A stretch of DNA of 64,000 bases from Eledone cirrhosa (taxonomy: Eukaryota), in assembly GCA_964016885.1 (NCBI GenBank), contig OZ024742.1:224192001-224256000 (forward strand), written 5' to 3'. The notes beneath the pieces are model-generated. The model did not search any database, had not been told where the DNA came from, and saw only the letters and a program-made list of their open reading frames with translations. Numbering within the stretch: position 1 is the first letter of the stretch; each line of letters begins with the position of its first letter. Shown here piece after piece: positions 30,428 to 44,170 of this stretch. Position numbers and translations under genes: made by a program.

Positions 30428-30726
30428 TGCCCAGGCAATATCAATATAAAAAACTACATTGATATTAATATTCAGTGATGGTCTCCGTCAGTGCTAGAAG
30501 TTTGAAAACCCAGTAGTCTTTCAAAAAGAAATTTCACACTGTCCCCAAAAGGGAAGGGGAGGTCATCGTAAAATATAAAATAATATACACGTAGGTCATT
30601 GAACCCTGTTAGGAAATTCTAACCACGCGTGAAGAATCAATTGGATATTAAAAAAATAAATATATGTACGTATTATTTATACACACACAGAGATATTTTA
30701 AAAAAATATATATATGTACGCATTAA

Positions 30727-30908
30727 TTGGCAGTATCGGTAGAGGGTCGGACACCATGCTTTCCAGCATAGTTACGTCCCTTTACGATCTGAGTTTAAAT
30801 CCCGCCGAGGTTGACATTGCCTTTCATCCTTACGGGGTCGATAAAATAAAGTACCAGTAATGCACTGGGTTATTGCTGGCCTTGTGCCAAAAGTAGAAAC
30901 AATTATTT
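30727..30908 (+). mobile_element. tRNA-derived SINE family A nested in the HHR element
   Basis: ttggcagtatcggtag (A-box-like), gagtttaaatccc (B-box-like), gcctttcatccttacggggtcgataaaataaagtaccag. Confidence 0.85.
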
Positions 30909-31160
30909 ATATAAACATAGAGGTATTTTCTCAGGCCAAATAACAGACATGAGATACAGGAAGAAGCAATCAATATTTCATATAAAGAATAAATAAAGAT
31001 AGTCATACCTAAATATCTGGAATTTTTAATACATTAACAGAGAAAGCGTTTAGCGATACTCTATATGTATATATATATATGGGAAAAGAGTCAGGCCGTT
31101 TGGACAGCTAGATCCTCTGGTGCGTTATGATCCACCTGGTATCTTACCACATCCTCTTTG

Positions 31161-31209
<49 letters not shown>

Positions 31210-32069
31210 ATAAAATATGGAGAAAAATACTGCAGGTAGCGCATGGATAACATGTAATAAAATGAGTCCCTCATCAGTGATTTGCCGACGATCATAGATA
31301 TTTCATTGCATTAAAAATCATATACCTCACGTCGGTGCAATAATAACTAAAATAAGTTATTAGGACAATTAAAACGCGTAAAGCGAGTGAGACAGGAGAA
31401 CAACAAAGAGTATAGCTAACCGTAGGGGAAAGAAACAAGCTTCAAAATTATTCTGTTTAGCATAAGCTAGGTGAATATATGAGCGCTTTAGAAAAAAGAC
31501 CTTACACGAACGAGGGCCATGTGAGAAGAGAGAAAAATATAGCTTTCGTCGTGTACGGGATGAAGTGAAGAGAGGAGAAACAGTGAGTGAGTGAAAGTGT
31601 GAATGTATATATATATATACTGTAGTCTAAGTTTGGTAGAAATATCCACGGGTAAGAGCATTCAGTGCACAGGACGAGTTAAGTATAATTAGTTATAACA
31701 ATGACATATACAGGTACTTAAGTTTTGTTGGGTTATCCACCCCAACTCATTCAGTCTGTTATATAAAAAGAAAATGGCTACCTTCACAGGCTGATTTAGA
31801 AAATACACAAGACTTCTTCAAGGGCAGTTAATTTCGAATTTAGCTATAAAGAAACAACATTTTAGATAGTGAAAATGTAGGTCACTATAAAAACAAAAAA
31901 AAAAAACAAAAAAAAAATCCCACAAAGGCAGGGAACTTGTGCAAAGTTAGTAATTCAAAGAAATTAAACTCCAGTTTAAACACTTTGTCTCTAGCATAGA
32001 AGGGGGCGCCTCTACAAAATCTCCTGGCTCCTTTCCCAGATCTTCAAACATATACTTTCCACCTTTTCT

Positions 32070-33265
32070 GGACATTCCAGCAGCTCTGATGATGTCATAT
32101 AGATACTCCGCCAACCACCATCAGAATAACTTAGACATATTAGATACAGATTTAGCTTAAACATTGTCTCCTTCTACACATCTGTCCACCTAGCTACTGA
32201 CTGTATCATTTCTCACAACATACACTGCTTTGGATTCACCGCATCTGATGTGGCAACACCTTCTTCACCTTCCATCACCACATCTACAAACAGACACGAG
32301 CCTACATATGTGATAGAGCCTATCAGGACTACTAGCCATCACCTACAAGAACCAGCTGGAACGTCACGCGCTCAGCACCTGCTACACATGTACCTTCTTC
32401 ACCAGATATAAAGACGTTAATCTTATCCTCATCTCCTTCCGTAAAGAGGTCGACAAGATATCCACGACGTTTGCAAACTTGGACAGTAATTTACGTTTCA
32501 GTGTAGAATACCCTGACAACACTGGATCCCTGTCCCTACACAACTTCCAACTGAAGATGACAGAGGAAGGTGACATCCACACGAACTTCTACAGGAAAGC
32601 TGCCTGCAGAGATCCTCCCCTTCGGTGCTAAAATCGGATACGTGAGGATCGAACTCATACGTAACGGGAACAAATGCAGCAAGGCGGAAGACCAAGCCAC
32701 CATCAAAGCATGTTTCCTGGAAGTACTTAAAGTCAATGGATATCCAACATCCATCATGAGTCGTCGTCTTAGGGACCCGAGATGTCTGAAACACAGGATC
32801 TCCTTTAACACCTGCTTCCTGAAATTACCATGCTTCAGTGAAATTATAACCACGGCGATCCGCCTAGCCGCCTGCAAGGAGGGACTAGACTTGCAATTAG
32901 CCCACTCCGGTCCATCACTGCGAGAACACCTATCGGAGAAGCAACCCAGGAACAACAACAGCTAATGCACGCTGGCAAACCGCTCCATTCGTGACACAGG
33001 TGTAATATAGCGCATTCAGTGCGACAAACAGGGACTTTTACATCCGTAGTACCGTTAATCCTCTTTACACTTGCATTAAAGAACATCTCAATACATATGC
33101 AACCTCCTCCAGGAAACACTTACACAAATGCAAAAACAACAATAAAAACATAACAGTTACTACTGACGTCAGGAAGTGGAAATTATGCAAACTTCAAAGA
33201 ATTAAAGAAGGAATATTAATAGCTAGGCTAAACCCACATATCAACAACAGATTATAACTCAACAC
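32070..33265 (+). pseudogene. Decayed Penelope/Poseidon-type RT plus GIY-YIG ORF; 3' pLTR region to about 33990 with degenerate HHR at 33819-33858
   Basis: Manual translation gives FTRYKDV (YxDD relic), NLDSNLRFSVEYPD, HTNFYRK, VLKVNGYP, LKLPCFS, GVI*RIQCD and IKEHLN. Downstream reads gtctt-TTGACGA-agg..ctt-GAAA-TA-TT-aggac. Confidence 0.8.
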
Positions 33266-33314
33266 ACAATATTTAACACAAAAGCACACACACGTAACTT
33301 CTGACATAATAACG

Positions 33315-33493
33315 ATTTCTAGTATAGGCATAAGGCCAGCAACCCGGGGGGGAGGGGAAAGTCGATTAAATTGACCCTAGTACGTTACTGGTACTTTATT
33401 TTATTTTAAGTTAACCTCGGCGGGATTTGAACTCAAACCGTAGAGGGCCGTAACTCTATGCTGCAAAGCATGGTGTCCGACGCTCTACCGATA
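33315..33493 (-). mobile_element. tRNA-derived SINE family A
   Basis: ggcataaggccagcaa...aacctcggcgggatttgaactca...ctctaccg. Confidence 0.8.
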
Positions 33494-33987
33494 ATGAATC
33501 GCGCACTCACGCGTAATAGCCAACTCTAAAAGACAATTACAACTAGACACACAGCATTCGTCATATATATGCACGTATACACAAGCCCAAACACATAACT
33601 CAATCCAGAATAGCTAAACTATTTAATCTATTGCACCTGACACAACATTTGCATCATAAAAATAAACAAAAGCACACAACTTTTCACAGAAACACGCACA
33701 CAACATTATACACAACAGTCCACATAGACCCCCCCCCCCATTTACAAATAAAGGAAGAAAAAATGGCGAACCGGTAACTACAACAATAGCACGAACTTCA
33801 ACCTAGTTTCTTATTATAGTCTTTTGACGAAGGGTTTTTAGACTTGAAATATTAGGACAGGTAAATAAAATAAGAGGTGATACCCCAACACCTCTGTTGC
33901 CTCAAAATTATTCCGAAATTTACTGTCTATTTTGTATTGTCATAGCCTTCAAATAGCAAACTGCTCCAAGTAAACTACAACACCCGC

Positions 33988-34030
<43 letters not shown>

Positions 34031-34094
34031 AAAGGTAATCATGAATATATATATATTCATGATTACCTTTTACATACATACATATATAAATATA

Positions 34095-34179
<85 letters not shown>

Positions 34180-34226
34180 AAAAATATCGCTTTTTACAAA
34201 ACAATATAAAAAACAATATGAAAACA

Positions 34227-34280
<54 letters not shown>

Positions 34281-34328
34281 GAACACGCATAAGACAAATG
34301 TAAATTCTGTCTGAACAGGTGGATTCAT

Positions 34329-34374
<46 letters not shown>

Positions 34375-34641
34375 CATAAAGTCTTTCCCTATTCATAGAT
34401 GTCATTTTGTTACTGAAAATTACAACTACTTCTTGTAGAAGAGAAAATGTAAAACTTGAAATTTATAAATTAAAAGAATAAAAAAGTAAAATCTGAAATA
34501 GTATCCTAGATATGGAATTTTATAAACTGGGAAAGACTTTAGGCTCAGCCTGTATTTACACATGCATTTCTCTTTCTCTTTCACTCATTCTCATTCTATC
34601 TCCCTCATCTCCCCCCCCCCTCTCTCTATCTATATATATAT

Positions 34642-34725
<84 letters not shown>

Positions 34726-35479
34726 GTTATGTATATAGTATAAACAACTATAAACAGGAAAGGTCAGTAATTTCCTACTGCCTTATTACCAGTAAGAGAA
34801 ATAGCTCAATGTAAGAACATCAGTTGTTTTACAGAGCAGGAAAATAATAAATTAGACAATTATCAAAGTTGTGTTCAAATCATTTAATAGCTTACAATCG
34901 TTTCTTCCAAACTCCCATTTGGAGTAATCGGAACATTATCAATGTTTGTACATGTAATTAACCTCCTATTCAACTGAACAATAATATAGATACATATATA
35001 TTGATGTTGTGAGCCACAGTTTCGTATTTACTGGGTGGAATGGATGTGACATATATTTTACGAGAATTGTACAAAAATTCAAATTCAAATTAAAAGCAGA
35101 GAGTGGAATACATGCAACAGATAATACAAGAGAATAATCTAATAATTAAAGAGGCATTGAGAAAGGAGCTTTGAGAAAGAAAGAGTACATTAGCAATACA
35201 TATGCAGTCGTGTAGAAAGTGCACATGCGTTAGTCATATATATGAGAAGGAAATAAGCAAAGTTATTATGCATATATAGATAAATAAATACTGTATTAAG
35301 CAAATATGTAATGTATTAAAATCTATGGTGGACGTAGTATGTTGACAGTGTTGATAGTGTTTGAAGCACTAGCCACTATAACTCTAAGACGAAGGGTAAT
35401 ACCAAACTTAACTCGCACCAAAGTAAACACCACGTTAATAATATAAACAGGGATACAAATACCTAAAAAAACAGTACTA

Positions 35480-36327
35480 AAAACAAAAATAGAATAAGAA
35501 CTAATACTTTTTTCAATCTCCCTTTCAATCTAAACGTCTCTACCAACTTGCCTAAGGCTTTCTTCTCAATCTTAGAAAAAAACTTACCGTCCGGCCACAA
35601 GTACCATAATATTATCAATAAAAATACCTTTAAAATCTCGTACTTCACCACACCTAACATAGCATACCATATAGTTAGTAGTAATAAAAGGAAGATTAAT
35701 AATTATTTCCAACTAATTAAAACACAACAGGAGGTAAACTTAGTACCTGTAAACAATAGTAGTAATAATAGTAATAATGATAATAGCACTAATGAAATCA
35801 ATAACAATACGAATGACAGACATCATTACGCTAGTGCTATCTCTAGCAACCAGAATTCTTCACAACATAGTAACCGGCAAGCTAACATCCAGAATAAATG
35901 TAACTGTAGAACTAATAGAACTTGCCTTTTAGGTAATAATTGAACTTGCCTTTTAGGTAATAATTGCTTAACCAAATCATCATCTACTCATGCATCGTCA
36001 ACGCAAACAACTCTTCTAAAACATATATCGGCTCTACTTCGAACAGCTTCAAGACGAGATACAACTCGCACCTCCACTCTTTAAAAAAACACAATCTAAC
36101 CAACTCCACTTCTTTATCTAGCTATGTACACTCTCTGAAAACTAGGAATAGCCCATTTACACTGCAATGGAAAGTAGTATAAACCACCGAATAAATTGTG
36201 TAATCTCTGTCTTCTAGAAACCCATACTATAATCTTTTCGAAACTAGACCTCCTTAATAGAAAGTCAGAGACTTAATAGAAAGTCAGATACCGTCACTCG
36301 TTCCATAACTTTAAACCTAGCTGTTAG
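35480..36327 (+). pseudogene. Penelope-like thumb/linker plus GIY-YIG endonuclease relic
   Basis: FFNLPFN..TNLPKAFFSILEKNLP..FKISYFTTPNI..CNCR...C..IIYSCIV..KTYIGSTSNSFKTRYNSH..WKVV..CNLCLLE..LLNRKSE. It has a 24-bp duplication and a frameshift near 35940-35980. Confidence 0.9.
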
Positions 36328-36670
36328 TATATAACAATGTCAGATTTGAATTCCTCACCACCATTAACACTTCACATCCAGGATTTATCAGCCCCCACAG
36401 CTACACCCTCTTTGATCAGCTCTTTCCTCTACACAACTCCTATGTATCTCTAACCTTATACTCTGCAATAACTGTTAGAATTAAACATAAAGTTACCACC
36501 TTTTGGTATAACTACTATAGTTTAATTATATTATATACAGTAATGGATATTTAATATGTAGAGACATTTAATGTAATATGTAATAATAAACTATATATAC
36601 ATTTATATAATTAAATACTTAAATTAATAACATGTATATAAGGGATTTACCTTTAACACAATATAATAAT

Positions 36671-36857
36671 TATTTCTACATTAGGCACAAGGCCAGCAAT
36701 TACCCAGTGTATTACTGGTACTTTATTTTATCGACCCCGTAAGGATGAAAGGCAAAGTTAACCTCGGCGAGATTTGAACTCAGAATGGCAAGGGCCGTAA
36801 CTCTATGCGTCAAAGCATGACGTCCGACCCTCTACCGCCAATCCACAGCCTTTATCC
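36671..36857 (-). mobile_element. Full-length SINE family A with 16-bp TSD
   Basis: TSD aacacaatataataat at 36655-36670 and 36858-36873. Confidence 0.9.
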
Positions 36858-37954
36858 AACACAATATAATAATAAAGTATATATACATTTATAATTAAAT
36901 ATATAAAGTAATAGCATTGTATATAAGGGATTAATTTTTAAACAATAATGTATATTATTACACAAATGATATATCTATTTGGACATATAAAGAGCTATAC
37001 AATTTTCCATAACATATATCTTGTCCAGTAATGAATAGATAACAATCTAAAGGGACCTTTAATGTATTATAATAAAATACACTGTATTTAAAATCAAGTA
37101 TAAATGTATAGCATTATGTAATAGAGATTCAATTGTATCACATTATAATGTGTATCAGAGCAAAGATTTTGAATAACTGAATTTAATTAGCTAGTTACCT
37201 CCCCTTACTCACTTCCGGAAATTAACCGTTGGAAAACCTACCTGTTGAACAACTATAGTCCATGAATAAGAATACAATAAGACTAATTTACAATCCATTG
37301 CTTTAACTAACTTGAAACATTCAATATAAACATTAACTAAAATATAATTCAACATATGTAATGGAAGAGACTGCAATAACCTTGTTCTTCTCAACACACA
37401 AATTCAAACACTATCAACATACTACGTCCACCATAGATTTTAATACATTACATATTTGCTTAAAATACACTATTTATTTATCTATATATGCATAACTTTG
37501 CTTATTTCCTTCTCATATATATTTCCTTCTCATATATATGCATAACTTTGCTTATTTCCTTCTCATATATATGACTAACGCATGTGCACTTTCTACACGA
37601 CTGCATATGTATTGCTAATGTACTCTTTCTTTCTCAAAGCTCCTTTCTCAATGCCTCTTTAATTATTAGACTATCTCTTGTATTATCTGTTGCATGTATT
37701 CCACTCTGTGCTTTTAATTTGAATTTGAATTTTTGTACAATTCTCGTAAAATATATGTCACATCCAGTCCACCTTGTAAATACGAAACTGTTGCTCACAA
37801 CATCAATATATATGTATCTATATTATTGTTCAGTTGGATAGGAGGTTAATTACATGTACAAACATTGATAATGTTCCGATTACTCCAAATGGGAGTTTGG
37901 AAGAAACGATTGTCAGCTATTAAATGATTTGAAAACAACTTTGATAATTGTCTA

Positions 37955-38030
<76 letters not shown>

Positions 38031-39277
38031 GTATATATACATATATACATATATATGTATATATATGTATATATATGTATATATATATACAAACATACAG
38101 ACATACATATATATATACATATATACATATATATGTATATATATGTATATATATATATACATACACACACACACATATATATATATATATATGTTAGTGT
38201 ATTTGTGTGTGTGTATTCATTTATTTTAAGTAAAAATCTATAATACTTTTCTCATTATCTTGGCGTCTATCAAAGTGACCATTACCGAATTCGAATATTT
38301 AAATATTTAAGAAATCCTACACTAGTTTACCTTAACGCTATTGGTCAGTTTGGCGGGGTGGTTACCATATATATGCACGGTAAAAATAAAGGAGTCATAT
38401 TCGCTTACACTGTAATTAGTCGATCACAACTAGTGTGGTCTGTCAGTGGCAGATTTCAGACAGAAATAGGATATATCCTGTTTGTAGCTGGAAGTTCTTT
38501 AAGAGAGTATTTAATTTCATGACTACATTTCGATATTACTTCATTTTCATTAAACGTGCCGACGTAATTTATCATTATCCGCCAGGCAGCATGTTACATT
38601 TCTCTATAACATAGAAATGTGCTATTTCTCCGCCAGGCAAAAAAAGGCATGATTTTGTTTGCACACACAAGGAACTATATTTTCATCTATAGACCAGCTT
38701 ATTGATATAATATTGATATATTATCGAATCGATTTTCCTTGAAGGTTCCGATATAAATGAAATTTCTGCTGCTTCTGCTCCGGAAGGCGTGAATATACTA
38801 TGCATCTACTTATGGGTGTTCTTTCATTTAGATATTAATTTTCGATAGGTAGGTTTTTATTTTGATAAACTAATGCTTTTTTTCTGATACATACCACTAA
38901 GTGTTGCGATGGTTTAATGGTTAGGGTGTTCGTTTTATAACCGTAAGGTTGTGATTTCGATTGCCGTAAGCAGTTTATGTGCATGACACATTATTCCCAA
39001 GACACATCATTCCCGTCACACATTGCTCCAGTTTAAACAAGAGTACACATCTCTGTAAAATGTCCAGTCACTTTCACGTTTCCACAAGCAGGTTGATCCA
39101 TTGATCGGACAATTGGAACACTCATCATCAGAACCGACGGAGGTCCATCACATATTCGTGTATATATATATATATATAAAACTATCTTTTTGGCTACGTG
39201 TTTCTCTTTTACTCTTTTCACTTCATATCGAATGACCTTCCGAAGTGTCATATAATTAAGCGTAGCGTAGTAATAGT

Positions 39278-39420
<143 letters not shown>

Positions 39421-39539
39421 GAATATATACAAATAAAGAGATGGGTGGAAATAGAGATAGAGAGAGACACAATGAGAAGGAGGGAGAGATAGAAGAATAG
39501 ATAGACAGGGAGTGAGACATATCTATCTATCTATCTATC

Positions 39540-41256
39540 TATCTCCTTCTGTACGTACTGACTCTCGAGCCACTACTGCGGAAGTTGGAGCTATTGCAGG
39601 GCATCCCTCTGGAACCGGGACTGCGGAAAGCAACGTCGGCCTACGTCGACGACGTGACAGTAATGGTGTCGAGCACCTCGCAAATCGAGGAAGTCGGCAT
39701 CTTACTGCAGGAATACGAAAGGTTCACAGGAGCGAAGCTGAACCGGGACAAGTCCATCGGTTTGCAACTCGGATCGTGGAGAGGCAAACTGATGCCTTCC
39801 GATGGCGTCGTCGGACGCTGGACGGAAGGACCGGTAAATCTGCTCGGGGTCTGGTTTGGTCCGAACCTCCAGGTGGAGAAGAACTGGAACGAGGTGACGG
39901 CCAAAGTATTTGCAGTCACCCAGAAGTGGGCCGAGTGCAAACTATCCTTGAAAGGTCTAGCGGAGGTGTCGAACACTTTTATAGCGTCCGTCATCTACTA
40001 CCGCTTGACCGTCGTGCCTTGTCCAGCCAAAACGCTCACCAAAATGGAGCGCCCGCTCTTCCAATTCCTTTGGAAGAGGCGGACTCCTTTGGTGAGAAGA
40101 TCCATCTACTGCCAACACCCTTCCAACGGAGGGTTGGGGATGCCGTGGCTGACGATGCGCAAACACGCGCTCAGGCTGCGGCATCTCTACGTATTCCTCA
40201 GCGGAGAACCGGTGTGGGCCCCGTTCGTGAGGCGAGTCTTCCCACGACTCGTCTCGCTGACCGAGCTGCAGTCCTGGGTCAAGCAAAGACCGAGGAAAAT
40301 GGGCGACTGGCACATCGAATGTGCTCAGGCGCTCACAGTCCTCTGGCAAACGGACCCGGCGATCAGTGGAGACTCCACTTCGTCATTCTATAGAGGGTTG
40401 GTCCGCAGCAAGTGCGACGACGCGCTCGGAGAAACTCCGGGCGTAGAGGAGGACGAACTGGCCAGTCTGTTCGGTAGGATTTTCCACCCGGGACCAATAG
40501 GCAACTTCCAAAAGTCCCTGGCCTGGAAGTGCTATCGATGAGCTCTACCAGTTCGAGACAAGCTCTACAGACACGGGCGCCCGGGCAGGGACCCTTCGAA
40601 AAAGATCTGTCTCAGGTGCGTGCGAGACGAGGAAACCGTCGCGCACGCATTTGTACACTTCCCGGGCGTTACCGACCTGTGGGGCTATGTAGAACGACTA
40701 TTGTCGCGGGTGGGACCAATCCAGTTGACCACCGAGTCCATTGTCATGATCAAACCGCCACCCTCCTTCAAAAACGAGGAGAGGCGGTTTTCCAATGTGT
40801 TATGGCCATGGTGAAAGAGGTTATATGGTGGACGAGGTTAAAAGGGCTGAGGTCAGACACCTTTCTCTCTGGCGAACAACTGATTCGTTTTTTCAAATAT
40901 CATTTTGGAAGAAGAATCAGGATGGAGAGAGAGGTGCTGTACCCCAGCAAATTTTATAAAAGGTGGGTGAATGTGGCAAAGATGGCCCGAGTGGTTGGGC
41001 CTTCTCTCTATATAAGCCTGTAGGTTGAGGAAAAAGAGGAAGAGAGGAGGGGAGTACTCGCTCTTGGTACTCCTGGAGATGAGGGTTGTACATTTTTTCG
41101 GGGTGTGTACAACCCTGTGTAACGCCCCCCCCCTATTGGGGATTTCAATTTTTATTTGTTATTTTTATTAATAGTTTTATTTTCATATACCTGTATATAA
41201 ACTCCCCATTTGTATTTGTCCCCTTCTTTTGTGCCCTTGTGACTAATAAAGAAATT
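39540..41256 (+). mobile_element. 5'-truncated Tx1/L1-clade LINE (RT C-terminal half plus CCHC domain), pseudogenised
   Basis: SPLLYVLTLEPLL..SAYVDDV..GAKLNRDKS..LLGVWFG..GGLGMP..CLRC..ETVAHAFVHFP. Premature TGA at 40539, frameshift near 40780, stop at 41023, then a 3' UTR with AATAAA. Confidence 0.9.
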
Positions 41257-41262
41257 TATCTA

Positions 41263-42421
41263 TCTATCGTCTGCTGTCAGCACCCTTCCTACGGAGGGCT
41301 GGGAATGCCGTGGCTGATGATGCGCAAACATGCGCTGAAGCTGTGGCATCTCCAGGTATTCCTCACCGACCCCCAACCGGTGTGGGCACCGTTTGTGAGA
41401 CAGGCTTTCCTGCAGCTCGTCTCGCTGACGGAGCTGCAGTCCTGGGTGAAGAAAAGACCGAAAACGATGGGCGCCTGGCACATTGAATGCGCTCAGGCGC
41501 CCACAGTCCTCTGGCAAGCGGGCACAGCAATCAGTGGAGACTCCACCTCGACATTCTATAGAGGGATTGTACGTTACAAGGGCGACGACGTGCTCGGAGA
41601 GACTCTGGGCGTCGAAGACGATGAGCTCACCAGTCTGTTTGGTAGGACTTTCCGCCCGGGACCTATGGACAACTTCCAGATGTCCCTGGCCTGGCAGTGC
41701 TACCGAGGAGCTCTACCAGTTCGTGACAAGATCTACAGGCACGGACGCCCCGGCAGGGATCCTTCCAAGAGGACGTGTCCAAGATGCGCGCAGGACATTG
41801 AAACCGTCCTGCACGCAATTGTACACTGCCCGGGCGTAACCGACCTGAGGAACTATGCAGAACAACTGCTGTCGCATATGAAACAAATCCAGTTGACTGC
41901 TGAGTTCATAGTAAGGATCAAACCGCCAGCCTCTTTCAAAAACGAAAGAGAAGCGGTTTTCCTCTGTACAGTGGCTATGGTGAAAGAGGTTATATGGTGG
42001 ACGAGATTGAGAGGACTGAGGACAGATGCCTTTCTCTCCGGAAAACAATTGATTCCCTGCTTTAGGTATCACTTTAGAAGGAAAATCAGAGTGGAGAGAG
42101 AGGCACTGCACCCCAGTAAATTTACTGAAAGGTGGGTGAATTTGACAAAAATGGCCCGAGTGATTGGGCCTTCTCTGTTTATAAGCCTGTAGGTTAAAGA
42201 AGAGAGCAAAAGGAAGAAAGGAGCGCTTGCACAACACGCTCCTGGAGTTGAGGGTTGTTCTATCGACGGGGTATTAAACAACCCATTTGTGGTGCCTCCC
42301 CCTATTGGGGATTTCGATTGTTGTAATTATTTGTTTTACATTTTTTACACGACTGTATGTAAAGTCCCCGGCATGTCTTTGTATTGTCCCCTTTTCTTGT
42401 GCGCCCTTGTGGCAAAAAAGT
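41263..42421 (+). mobile_element. Second, shorter 5'-truncated Tx1/L1 copy (diverged subfamily) with an open 3' ORF fragment of about 310 aa
   Basis: CQHPSYGGLGMPWL...CPRC..ETVLHAIVHCP...FISL* (42192). The 3' UTR parallels copy 1 and ends in (ATCT)n. Confidence 0.9.
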
Positions 42422-42422
42422 A

Positions 42423-42471
<49 letters not shown>

Positions 42472-42720
42472 GGCTAGGAAACATACTTATTCATCTATCT
42501 ATCTGCTTCTCTGTATGTTCTGCTAATCTAGCCAATGATGCACTTTTACTGTATGTCATTAAGCCTGTTAATGTGAATCAGATAAGCAACAGAGATTAGA
42601 AGGAAACTTATGCTAATTAGCTCTGTCACATTCACTGTTGTTGCCTCGCTTCGGTTACACAGCAGCCATTTATTTATTTATATATTTATTTATTTTATTA
42701 ACGTGTATGTATGTGTATAC

Positions 42721-42753
<33 letters not shown>

Positions 42754-42890
42754 TGTATGTATGTATGTATGTATGTATGTATGTATGTATGTATGTATGT
42801 ATTCATGTAGACACCACACATATACATAATACACACACACACATATATATATACACAGATACACACACATATATATTATATATATATGTA

Positions 42891-42955
<65 letters not shown>

Positions 42956-43300
42956 TTTACATACATGCATACATATATACATACATATACATATATATAC
43001 ACACACACACACAAACACACGCGCACACATATATATATACATACATATACATATACATTTATATACATATACATATATATACATATACATATATATATAT
43101 GCGTGTGTGTGTGTGTATATACATATACATATATATATATATACACACACACACACGCACACATATATATATATATGTATATTTGTTAAGTTTGGTAGAG
43201 TATTACAATACCCTCTTTGGACCAAACTGGTAAATTAATCCTCGGTTTCTGGTTTCAATTCTGACTGCCGTTTAAACTGGTGACGAGACCTAACACACTT

Positions 43301-43376
<76 letters not shown>

Positions 43377-43924
43377 CCCCAAACCACTCCGTTGAAACAC
43401 TGTATAGTTGGGTAGTAGCGGTGGTGGTGGTGGTGCTGCTGGTGGTGTTGCAGGTATTGGGGAGCTAGTTTTGTTTTTATTTTATTTTTACCGAACCGAA
43501 TTGAAACTCCTCTATAAAACTGGAAATGTAGGACCGAGAAAACTGAAGTAGTCTTTCACATCTAGAAGTCAAACGAAGTTATCTTTCACCTCTGGTGGTC
43601 AAAAGAATAACCCTTTACCTCTGGAGGTTAAAGGAAGAGACCTGTTACCTTTGGATTTCAAAGGAAATGAGAACACCCAGTAGGGTTGGTATTTATTTTA
43701 CACCCAATCATTCTCACAAATACACCTACTTTATACATACATGTTCACATACACACATATTTGCACCAACACACCTTGACGCAATCACACATACAAACAC
43801 ATTTGCACCAACACACACACACATATGCACACATAGACACAGAACACATATATAGATACCCATACTAATATGCATACATACTTGTGAAAATGGATGAAAA
43901 GTAAGACAAAACAAAACAACAGTT

Positions 43925-44170
43925 TACATTTCTACCTTATAACGTAGTAAGTCACCAAATATGCTGGCAGGTAGGAAAACCTGGCAATAGTGAAAAGACG
44001 GTAGCTCGTCTGGTATGGTCACGTATCTCTCCATGACTCCCTATCCAAAACCATTCGTCAGTGTCCAGTTGAAGGAGGGCGAAGAAGAAGCAGACAAAGA
44101 AAAAATCCTGGTTTTAAAACATCAAGGGCTGGATAAATTTCAACACTGCAGCCTTTTTTGTGTATGATGG
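43925..44170 (+). pseudogene. RTE-clade LINE 3'-end relic
   Basis: Manual translation from 43981: LAIVKRR*LVWYGHVSLHDSLSKTIRQCPVEGGRRRSRQRK.SWF*NIKGW, matching the RTE C-terminal WFGHV / GRRxRGRQRKxW motif. Confidence 0.75.

Larger units (their letters stand above)
30120..31062 (-). mobile_element. Non-coding monomer (904-nt period including a nested SINE, about 700 nt without) with about 40-nt terminal redundancy in (TA)n, carrying an intact HHR
   Basis: tttaatacattaacagagaaagc.tttagcgatactct at 30121 and 31025. Confidence 0.7.
34757..37960 (+). mobile_element. 5'-truncated Penelope-like element with an inverted 5' pLTR
   Basis: 34846-35364 is the reverse complement of 37403-37960. A GIY-YIG ORF relic lies between them. 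HHR-like motifs at 37873-37917 (+) and 34890-34934 (-). Confidence 0.85.

Noticed and set aside
35941-35943. In-frame TGA at a Cys position of the PLE ORF, suggesting selenocysteine as reported for some Penelope-like elements
   Set aside because: The TGA is created by the junction of a 24-bp tandem duplication (35919-35942 / 35943-35966). The second copy has the normal TGC, and a frameshift follows.
40539-40541. TGA within the Tx1 ORF as possible readthrough
   Set aside because: The paralogous copy has GGA (Gly) at this position and copy 1 also has a frameshift, so this is ordinary decay.
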